Source: Longimicrobiales bacterium (lineage in GTDB: Bacteria; Gemmatimonadota; Gemmatimonadetes; Longimicrobiales; Gaopeijiaceae). Taken from it: a DNA stretch of 64,000 nt. The notes under the pieces were generated by a model, which worked only from the letters and a program-made list of their open reading frames with translations, was not told the DNA's origin and ran no database searches. The stretch is from NCBI GenBank assembly GCA_965249725.1, contig CBDFMQ010000002.1:2144001-2208000 (forward strand). The letters run 5' to 3'. Positions 20,356 to 29,349 of this stretch are shown one piece after another. The position numbers and the translations under genes are program-made. Position 1 is the stretch's first letter. The number at the start of each line of letters is the position of its first letter.

Positions 20356-22128
20356 TCAGCAGGACAGGCAGTTGTGGTTGTTCTTAGCGCCCAGGCTCTC
20401 CAGCAACGCGAGCGCTTCAGGGAACGGTTGTATGCGCTGCACCGGACCGTTGGCCATGTCCGCCGTGGTCTGCCCTTTTCGGCTCACATAAGTGACGTCC
20501 GCTCCGTGCTCGACCAGATACCGGATCATCTCCACATCGCCACGTGCGGCAGCATGGTGAAGCGGCGAATAGCCGTTGTGGTCCCGAGCATTGACGTCGG
20601 CCCCGCGTACCTCGACCAGATACCTCAACGCCGGCATCCACGCCTTGGGCACATGGCGATGGGAGTTGCCCGCGAAGTCCTCGCCGTAGCCGACACCCGT
20701 GGCCGCATGGATCGGATGAACCGCAGGCCCTCCAACCGGAACCGGGGGCAGCCCGGACATATCGGGCTGGTTGCCGCGTCTGCGGCGCTGCGGCACGGTC
20801 TGCGTCGCCGTCTCGGAGTCCGCCCCGTGTGCCACAAGCAGCTCCATGGCCTCCACGTCCAGAGCGTACGCGGCCCGCCAGAAGGGTGTCGCACCCTTCG
20901 TGTCCACACCCAGGAGGTCGAAGGTGTAGGACATGTACCACAGGTGCTTGGTCAACCGGACGTTCGGGTCCACTCCCGCCTCGAGGAGCGTCTTCAACAC
21001 GTCCAGGTAGGTGAGCCGCTGCTGTTGATACGCCTGCTGCTGGGGGTACCGAGCCTTCGGCGCCCAGTGTGCGTTCAACGCTGCATAAAGGGGCGTCGCG
21101 CCCGAGGTACTCGCCGATAGTGGATCCGCCCCCCGATCGAACAGCCGCATGGCCAGGTCGAAGTGCCCGTTGATCATGGCGATGAGCATGGGACTCGTAT
21201 GATCGCCCAGGCTCACTTGGTCGACGTCTGCGCCTCCGTCGAGAAGCGCGGAAACTGCCTCGGCGTGGCCCTCACGGGCGGCGTACAGGAGGGCCGTGAG
21301 GCCACCCTGACCACCGACCAGCTCGGCATAGCTGAGGGGCTGGGGTTGGGCCTCTTCCACATCGACGACTTCCGGCTCGGGGTCACCGGTCGGGGCCCGC
21401 TACTCCTCCAAGGCGGCCTGAACGGCCGTCTGGATCTGGCTCGGTGTGGGGCCACGGGTCTGTTCGGATCCCTGTGCGGCGCGAAACGCTTCGAGCACCT
21501 GGTTCCTACGCAGGCCGGCGGCCCGGTCCACTCGCTGCCTGTCGGGCATGGACTCCACCCGGTTCGCCATGCTCACGTCGGCCCCGCCGTCGAGCAACGC
21601 ATGGATCGCCGCCACCCGGTTGAACGCCGCCGCGAACATGAGCGCGGACTGATCCCGAGCGGAGTCCAGGGCGTTGACGTCGGCCCCCGCCTGCAATAGG
21701 AGTGCGATCGACTCGGCGCTCCCGGACGCCGCGGCCATGTGGACGGCCGTGGCACCACCGGTAGTCGTCGTAGCGTGGGGATTGGCTCCCGCCTCCAGAA
21801 GCTTCCCGACCACGGTATGCATCCCCGCCCGACTCGCCATGTGAAGAGACGTCAGGTCGCCGATGCGGGTCATCGCTTCGAGATCGGCTCCAGCGTAGAT
21901 GAGCATCTCCGCCATCTCCACAGAACCGCCCTCGGCAGCCCAGTGCAGGGCGGTCATTCCGTCCCCCTGGGCGGCGTTCACGTCGGCGCCCTGCCGAAGC
22001 AGGACACGTACGGCCTCGACTTCCCCCCTCATCGCGGCATCCGCGACGGGAGAGTCGGACACACCGATCCACATGACGGCCGTCAGGCAGAGAGCGCCTG
22101 CGACGTTCACTTGCAACGGGCTTCTCAT
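20356..22128 (-). pseudogene. Ankyrin-repeat protein interrupted by an in-frame TAG at 21400-21402
   Basis: ORFs 21400-22128 and 20356-21360 are in the same frame (...QAALEE*RAPTGDPEPEVVDVEEAQ...) and together align to the intact paralog at 26147-27958. Confidence 0.8.
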
Positions 22129-23519
22129 CAGATGGTCAGCGAGAACTCACCGGTGCTGTCACCGAAGCTCTCCATGTCGTCGTGCCCCAGGCCGTGCAGC
22201 AAGCTCAGCATCACGTTCGCCATGGGCGTCTCCGCCTCGGCCTTGAGGTGCACATTGCCCTGGAGCTGGCCGTTGGCTCCACCAACGACGATCAGCGGGC
22301 AGCGCTTGTGGTTGTGGACGTTGGGATCGCCCATGGGGGACCCGTACACGATCATGGTCTTGTCGAGCAGCGAAGCGTCCCCTTCCATGGTCTCCTGAAG
22401 CTTGTTCAGGAAGTAGGGCAGCATGCCGACGTGGTAGCGGTTGATGAGGGCGAACTCCTCGATGGCCGCCTCGTTCCCGCCATGGTGCGACGCCGGGTGG
22501 AACGGCTTCTCCGATCCGCTCTCGGGGAAGACACGGGCCGAAGAGTCTCGTCCCATCTTGAAGGAGAAGACGCGCGTCATGTCCGACTGGAAGGCCAGGG
22601 CCTGGAGGTCGAACATCAGCTTCATGTGCTCTTCGAAGGAGTCGGGCACACCCGCCGGCGCCTCCGGCATTTCACGCAGCTCTCCGCTGGTGTTGTAGGC
22701 CTCGACCATCTGAATGCGCCGCTCGATTTCACGAATGTCCTGGAGATAGCGATCCAGTCGCTGGCGATCGGCCGGACCCAACTCCCGCTGCAACTGGGCC
22801 ACCCTACCGATGATCCAGTCCAGGATGCTACGGTTGGCCTGCCGGCGAGCGGCCCGCTCCTTGGCGGTTCCGCCTGACCCGAACAGCTGCTCGAAGGCGA
22901 CCCTCGGATCCCGAATAACGGGGAGTGGCTCGGTCGGTGACTTCCAGCTGATGGAGTCGGTGTAGACGCAGGTGTAGCCGTACGCACATCCCCCGGATTG
23001 GTTGATGTTCTCGATGCAGAGCTGCATCGAGGGGATCGGCGTGTCCTGTCCGAACCTCTGGGCATAGAGCTGATCGAGAGACGTGCCGACGTATACGTCC
23101 GAGCCCTCGGTCTGCTTGGGATGGGCCTGGGTCAGGAAGGTGGCGCTGGACCGGAAGTGATCTCCCCCGATCTCCGGGGCGGTCGTGGCCTCGGCACCCC
23201 TGACGTCCGTGTTGCTGACGATGGTGAGGTAGTCCTGGTACGGCGCCAGGGCACTGAGACTGGTAGGGCTCAGATCGAAATCGCGACCGACTGCCGAAGG
23301 GGACCACAGGTTCTGGGAAGCGCCGTATTCACTCGCCCCGGCAGCACCGTGCACCATTTCGATGGCCACTAGGCGGGTGGCATCCGTCAGCGCAGCCCCA
23401 CCCGAGCCAGCCATCAGCCGGGCCGGTATCATTGCGTCGAGGAACGGCAGCGCAACCGTGGCCCCCAGGCCCTTGAGGACCTCGCGCCGCGAAAGGTGCT
23501 TGCCCGTGATGAAGTCCAT
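22128..23519 (-). CDS. DUF1552 family protein (copy B)
   Basis: KHLSRREVLKGLGATVALPFLDAM Tat-like N-terminus; SLDQ, CAYGYTCVY, HPASHH, YGSPMGDPNVH. Confidence 0.85.
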   Translation of the reverse strand: MDFITGKHLSRREVLKGLGATVALPFLDAMIPARLMAGSGGAALTDATRLVAIEMVHGAAGASEYGASQNLWSPSAVGRDFDLSPTSLSALAPYQDYLTIVSNTDVRGAEATTAPEIGGDHFRSSATFLTQAHPKQTEGSDVYVGTSLDQLYAQRFGQDTPIPSMQLCIENINQSGGCAYGYTCVYTDSISWKSPTEPLPVIRDPRVAFEQLFGSGGTAKERAARRQANRSILDWIIGRVAQLQRELGPADRQRLDRYLQDIREIERRIQMVEAYNTSGELREMPEAPAGVPDSFEEHMKLMFDLQALAFQSDMTRVFSFKMGRDSSARVFPESGSEKPFHPASHHGGNEAAIEEFALINRYHVGMLPYFLNKLQETMEGDASLLDKTMIVYGSPMGDPNVHNHKRCPLIVVGGANGQLQGNVHLKAEAETPMANVMLSLLHGLGHDDMESFGDSTGEFSLTI

Positions 23520-23571
23520 CTCCTACCTCCTCGATACGATGTCCACCGACCTCATGTCGGCCGACTCGGAA

Positions 23572-26147
23572 TCAGCCACCGCCATCCTCCACCACTTGAT
23601 GTGTCCTGCTCATCTGGAACGCCGGACTCTTCACGACTCCCATGATGAACGAGGAGAGCCGGTAGTCGTTCTCTGCCGCGTCTCGTGCGATGGCCCGGAT
23701 CGTCGGCTTGTCGTAATACTCGACTCGACGCCCCAACGCGTAGGCCATCAGGTTCTCCGTGAACGTCCGCACCAACGGAATAGGACGCTCCAAGAGCGCC
23801 TGCCGCAGATCCTTGGGACTCGTCACAGGCGTCCCGTCGTACAACTCACCTTGGGTGTCCAGCGGCATCCCGTTCTCGCGGATACGCCACTTGCCGGTGA
23901 CGTCGAAGTTGTCCAAGGCCAGGCCGATGGGATCCATGAACTTGTGGCACGAGGCGCACACCGGGTTCGAGCGGTGCATCTCCATCCGCTCGCGGGTGGT
24001 GAGCATCCGGCCGCCGTCCGACCCTTCGGTCTGCTCCAAGTCCGGCACCCCCGGCGGAGGCGGCGGCGGCGGTGTGCCCAGTAGCACCTCCATCACCCAT
24101 TTGCCTCGAAGCACAGGCGACGTCCGATTGGCGTGAGACGTCAGCGTAAGCACGCTGCCGTGGCCCAACAGGCCCCTGCGACGCTCATCCGCGAGCTCCA
24201 CTCTTCGGAAATGGTTCCCGGTGATGCCGGGAATCCCGTAGTGCTTGGCCAGTCGCTCGTTGACATAAGTATAGTCGGCGGTAAACAGATCGAAGAAGCT
24301 CCGATCCTCGCGGACCAGACTGTAGAAGAACAACTCCGTCTCGTGCTGCATAGCATCAGCGAGCTGCTGATGGAAGTCGGGATACATGAGCCGGTCGGGG
24401 TGGACCTTCTCGAGATCCTGAAGCCGGAGCCACTGAGCGGCGAAGCGCCCGCCCAAGGCCTCGGACCGTGGGTCGGCCAACATCCGGACGACCTGCCGTT
24501 CCAGCCCCTCCTCGCTCGACAGCGCCCCTCGGCTCACCGCATCCAGTAGAGCCTGATCCGGCGGCGTTCCCCATAGGAAGAACGAGAGACGCGAAGCCAG
24601 GTCGAGATCGCTGATGCGGTAGCTCTCCCCGGGCTCGTAGTCCTCCGGCGGCTCCTCGAACCGGAACACGAAGTCTGGACTCGCCAGCATCGCTTGGAGG
24701 GCAAAGGCGATCCCCGACTCGAAGCCTCCGATTTCGGCCCCGGCCTCGTAGAAGGTGCGCAAAGCGACGAGGTCTACCTCGGTAAGAGGCCGTCGATAGG
24801 CCTGGGTTCCGAGCCTGATCAGGATGTCCTCAGCGCACTCGGTCTGTTCCCCAGGCGACGTGGGGCGACACGTGAAAATCCTGCGGCGACTGGGCGTCTC
24901 AGAGACGCCCGTCGGATTGTGCGGCCCGTTCACCACGAGATCCTTCAGGTGTGCGAGAGCGGTGACGCCGTACCCACTCACCCCGATCTGTCGATCCGCC
25001 AACGACCACTCGTGAGGTGACATCAGGTCATCCACCGGACCCTCGGACTGCCGGATGAAGGCCGCCGTAACCCGCTGAGGGCCGGACCGCACGAAGATCG
25101 GCTCGGTCTCCATGTTCACGCCGTTCGGGTCCGAGACGCCCATCCAACGATCCACCTCGAGCAGAGCCATCCGCTCACCGTTGATGGAGACCTCGATCTG
25201 CTCGTCACGGGACACTCGGCCGTAGAACCCACCGGTGGTGGTGTGCTCGAAGGCCAACTTGAAGACGTACTCCCCGTCGGCCGGGAAGTTGTGAATCACG
25301 GAGACGCCGCCTCGGGTGCCGCGCGGGGCACCCTCTACGCGGTCCCACTGAGTGGTGTACCCGGGATTGGTATAGGTCGTCGAGGTCGGGATGGCATCCG
25401 GGTCACCGATGGCGAGCCGGGTGATGTCGCTCGCGGCCCGGAGGTAGGCATCCATCAGCGTCGCCGACAACATCTGCACGTCTTGTCGAAATTGGCGCTC
25501 TTCGTGTCCAGAGGCAGATAGTCCCCGGCGTCGATATCCAGGTCCAGCAGGTCGTGAATGGAACTGGCGTACTCGGCCCGGTTCAGACGCTGGAAGGGGC
25601 GACTGCCCGGGTTGGGGTCGTTCGCGGCGGCTTCGTCGATGAGGGTCTCGAGAGTCTCGACCAGCGCGAGGAGCGTATCGGGGCCGGGCCGTGGCGCGCC
25701 CGGAAGCGGCATCATGCCCGCCCTCAGCTTCACGATCATCTTCTCGGCCCTCTCGGGCATCTGTGCAGCCCGCTCAACCTCGAAGTCCGTCAGCGTGAGG
25801 TTTCCGGTGAGCATCACGTCGTTGTGACAGACGACGCAGTACTGCTTGACCACCGCGGTAAGCGAGTCGGCCGGGATGGATAAGGCAGCGTGGCTGGGCG
25901 AGTCAGCCGGCAGCGCAGGTCCCGGTCCGCGCACGGAATGATCCGAGTAATCCATGAGATACCGCTGGAGGAGGTCGCCCATCGAACTGGAAACCGGATC
26001 TCCGTGGGCTACCGTGGCGAGCCTGGCGGTTACCACCGGCGCGCTCTGCGCCCACGCTGTTGCCGTGGACGACGAGGTCGCCGGGAGGTAGCCGAGGGAG
26101 ACAAGGGCGCACAGAAAGCCGACCGCTGACCTACGTAGTCTTCTCAT
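23572..26147 (-). pseudogene. DUF1592/1588/1587/1595/1585 c-type-heme protein (copy B), frameshifted near 25482
   Basis: ORFs 25455-26153 and 23572-25479 join into a homolog of 29350-31899; 7 nt are missing relative to the paralog (FDNIADVQ becomes gac aa|gac gtg); CVVCH and CASCH motifs. Confidence 0.82.
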
Positions 26148-27958
26148 CAGCACGACACGCAGTTGTGGTTGTTGATGGCGCCGAGGCTCTCCAGCAGCTC
26201 CACGGTTTCCGGGAACGGCTGGATGCGCTGCACCGGGCCGTTGGCCATGTCGACGGTCGTCTGGCCCCGGCGGCTCACGCCGGTGACCTCGGCCCCCTGT
26301 GCTACCAGGTAGCGAATCAGCTCGTTGTCCCCTCGGGCCGCTGCATGGTGAACGGCCGTGTAGCCGTTTTCATCCGGCACGTCCACGTCCACTCCGTGCT
26401 CCTCGACGAGGTACTGCACGGCCGGCAGCCAACCGTCGATGACGTGGCGGTGAGAGTTGGCGGCGAACCCCTCCCCGTACCCCACCCCCGATGCCGCATG
26501 GATCGGCCAAGCCCCCGGCCCACCCACCGGAACGGGCGGCAGCCCCGAGGGATCGTCCCCGCTGGGCGGGCGACGCTCAGGCATCTTGGTGGTCGGAACG
26601 TTTGGGTCGACACCAAATGACATCAGCATGCGCATGGCCGTGATGTCCAAGGCGAACGCGGCCCTCCAAAAGGGCGTGGCTCCTGCCCGGGTCACCCTCA
26701 GGAGATCGTTGTTGTAGGTCGTATACCACAGCGGCTTCCCCAAACGAGCGTTGGGATCGACCCCTGATTCGAGCAGGGCCTTCATGACCTCGAGGTAGGT
26801 CGCCTGCTGCTGCATGTAGTCCGTCGTCTGCGGATGCCGTGACTTGGGGGCCCAGTGCATGTTGAGCACGGCGTAGAGCGGCGTTGCCCCCGCGTCACTC
26901 GCCAGCGTGGGATCCGCCCCCCTCTCGAATAGAGCCATGACCAAATCGAAGTGCCCGTTGATGGCAGCGATGAGCATAGGGCTGGTACGGTCCGCCGCGC
27001 TCACACCGTCTATGTCGGCGCCCGCCTCCACGAGGGCGATCGCAGCCTCGCTGTGACCCTCCCGGCCCGCCAGCAGCAGGGCCGTTAGACCGCCATGGCT
27101 GCCCACGAGATCCGCATAAGAGAGGGGATCGATCTCGGTCGTCCCCCGCAGCTCGACCTCTTGGGGTAGCACCCGAGCGTTTGCGGCGGTCTGTTGCGGC
27201 TCCGGACCCGCCGGACCCGTCGGGCCCTGCGCCGCCCCAGCGCTGGGTGCCACCCGCCTCACGTCCGGGCTGCCCGGGCTGCTCGCCTGGCGAAGCTCGG
27301 CCAGCATCCGGTTCCGACGACCACGATCGACCCGGTCCTCCTCTTCCCGCACGGTGATGTCGATGACCTTCGCGGTGACGGCAGGATCAGCGCCGCCCTC
27401 CAAGAGAGCATGGACCGCGTCGACCCGGTTGGCTGCCGCGGCGAACATCAGCGGAGTCTGGCCCCACTGGCTCTCTCGCACATCGGCCACCGCACCGTGG
27501 TGCAGAAGTGCCGTCACGGTCGCGGCGCTGCCGGCGGCTGCCGCGAAGTGAAGGGCGGTGGCCGAACCGGTGCCCGTTCGCGCGTCGGGGTCCGCTCCGG
27601 CTGCCAGCAACGCTTCGACGGTATTCGACTGCCCCACCTTGCTCGCGAGATGCAGGGGCGTGTAATCCCCGAGACGCGTCACCGCACCCGGGTTGGCCCC
27701 CGCATAGATCAAGATCTCGACGATCTCCAGTTCGCCGGCCTCGGCGGCCCAGTGCAGAGCCGTCATGCCGTCGCCCTGCGCCGCATTCACATCGGCGCCC
27801 CCGCGTAAGAGCGTGCGGACCTCCTCCAGATCGCCCCTCATGGCGGCGTCTGCCACCGGGGATTCCGGGACGCCGACCCACATCAGCAGGGTCAGGACGA
27901 GCGCGGACCCTGCGTTGGCACGCAGCACCGTGCTCATCGGGCGGGTTGCATCTCTCAT
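26147..27958 (-). CDS. Exported ankyrin-repeat protein (copy A)
   Basis: Repeated GADVNA..GDGMTALHWAA, TPLHLA, TPLMFAA; N-terminal hydrophobic stretch; C-terminal NNHNCVSC; TGATG overlaps with neighbours. Confidence 0.9.
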   Translation of the reverse strand: MRDATRPMSTVLRANAGSALVLTLLMWVGVPESPVADAAMRGDLEEVRTLLRGGADVNAAQGDGMTALHWAAEAGELEIVEILIYAGANPGAVTRLGDYTPLHLASKVGQSNTVEALLAAGADPDARTGTGSATALHFAAAAGSAATVTALLHHGAVADVRESQWGQTPLMFAAAANRVDAVHALLEGGADPAVTAKVIDITVREEEDRVDRGRRNRMLAELRQASSPGSPDVRRVAPSAGAAQGPTGPAGPEPQQTAANARVLPQEVELRGTTEIDPLSYADLVGSHGGLTALLLAGREGHSEAAIALVEAGADIDGVSAADRTSPMLIAAINGHFDLVMALFERGADPTLASDAGATPLYAVLNMHWAPKSRHPQTTDYMQQQATYLEVMKALLESGVDPNARLGKPLWYTTYNNDLLRVTRAGATPFWRAAFALDITAMRMLMSFGVDPNVPTTKMPERRPPSGDDPSGLPPVPVGGPGAWPIHAASGVGYGEGFAANSHRHVIDGWLPAVQYLVEEHGVDVDVPDENGYTAVHHAAARGDNELIRYLVAQGAEVTGVSRRGQTTVDMANGPVQRIQPFPETVELLESLGAINNHNCVSC

Positions 27959-29349
27959 CAGACAGTGAGCGAGAAGTCGCCCGAGCTGTCCCCGAAGCTC
28001 TCGATGTCGTCGAGGCCGAGCTTGTGCATCAGGCTGAGCATCACGCTGGCCATCGGAGTTCCGGGATCGGCCCTCAGATGCATGTTGCCCTCGAGCCGGC
28101 CGTTGGCCCCGCCCGCGATGAACAGGGGGCAGCGCCGGTGGTTGTGGACGTTGGGGTCGCCCATCGGGGAGCCGTAGATGACCATGGTCTTGTCGAGCAG
28201 GCTCTGGTCGCCCTCCATGGTGCTCTGGAGCTTCTCGAGGAAGTAGGGAATCAAACTGACGTGGTACCGGTTGATGACCGAGAACTCCTCGATGGCACTC
28301 TCGTTTCCGCCATGATGCGAAGCCGGATGGAACGGCTTGTCCGAGCCGCTCTCGGGATAGACCCGGCTCGAGGCGTCGCGACCCATCTTGAAGGAAAAGA
28401 CCCGTGTCATGTCCGACTGGAAGGCCAGAGCCTGGAGGTCGAACATGAGCTTCACGTGCTCCTCGTAGGAGTCGGGCACCCCGGCGGGGGCCTCGGGCAG
28501 CTCGCGCAGCTCACCACTCAGATTGTAGGCCTCGACCCTCTGGATTCTCCGCTCGATCTCCCTGATGTCCTCCAGGTAGCGGTCCATGCGGATGCGGTCG
28601 CCCGCACTGAGCTGCCTTTGGAGGCCCGCCACCTCCGACGTGATCCAGTCGAGGATGCTGCGGCTGGTCCGCCTGCGCGCCGCGCGCTCCTCCGCACTGC
28701 CACCGGCCCCAAACAGCTGGTCGAACCCGACCCGGGGATCCCGGATCATGGGGAGCGGCTCCGTCGGCGAAGCCCAACTGATAGTGTCCGTATAGACACA
28801 CGCATAGCCGTAGGCGCAGCCTCCGGCCTGATCCACGTTCTCGATGCAGAGCTGCAGCGACGGGATCGGCGTATCCTGGCCGAATCTGCGGGCGTAGATC
28901 TGGTCTAGCGACGTGCCCACAGCGACGTCCGAGCTCTCGGTCTGTTTGGGGTGCGCCTGCGTCAGGAACGTGGCGCTGGAGCGGAAATGATCACCGCCCA
29001 CTTCCTTGGCTTGGAAGGCCTCCGCGTTTCGGACGTCCGTGTCGCTGATCACGGTCAGGTAGTCCCGGAACGGCTCCAGAGAACTCATGCTGGTCGGGCC
29101 CAGGTCGAACTCGCGACCGACCTCCGCGGGCGACCAGAGGTTCTTGGAGGCACCGTACTCGCTGGCGCCCGCCGCACCATGCACCATCTCGATCGCCACG
29201 AGCCGGGTGGGATCCGTGGCCGCTGAACCGGTTCTTGCCCACACCCTCCCGGCCGGCACCATCGCATCGAGGAACGGCAACGCGACGGTGGCGCCCAGGC
29301 CCCTGAGGACCTCCCGCCGCGACAGGTGCTTGCCCGTGATGAACTCCAT
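27958..29349 (-). CDS. DUF1552 family protein (copy A)
   Basis: Same length (463 aa) and motifs as 22128-23519. Confidence 0.87.
   Translation of the reverse strand: MEFITGKHLSRREVLRGLGATVALPFLDAMVPAGRVWARTGSAATDPTRLVAIEMVHGAAGASEYGASKNLWSPAEVGREFDLGPTSMSSLEPFRDYLTVISDTDVRNAEAFQAKEVGGDHFRSSATFLTQAHPKQTESSDVAVGTSLDQIYARRFGQDTPIPSLQLCIENVDQAGGCAYGYACVYTDTISWASPTEPLPMIRDPRVGFDQLFGAGGSAEERAARRRTSRSILDWITSEVAGLQRQLSAGDRIRMDRYLEDIREIERRIQRVEAYNLSGELRELPEAPAGVPDSYEEHVKLMFDLQALAFQSDMTRVFSFKMGRDASSRVYPESGSDKPFHPASHHGGNESAIEEFSVINRYHVSLIPYFLEKLQSTMEGDQSLLDKTMVIYGSPMGDPNVHNHRRCPLFIAGGANGRLEGNMHLRADPGTPMASVMLSLMHKLGLDDIESFGDSSGDFSLTV

Noticed and set aside
21400..21402. Pyrrolysine or genome-wide TAG recoding
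   Set aside because: TAG ends many genes here at their expected C-termini (e.g. yajQ, pfaA); no pyl genes are in the window; the site is a non-conserved linker
25455..25500. Programmed ribosomal frameshift
   Set aside because: No slippery sequence; comparison with the paralog shows lost conserved codons
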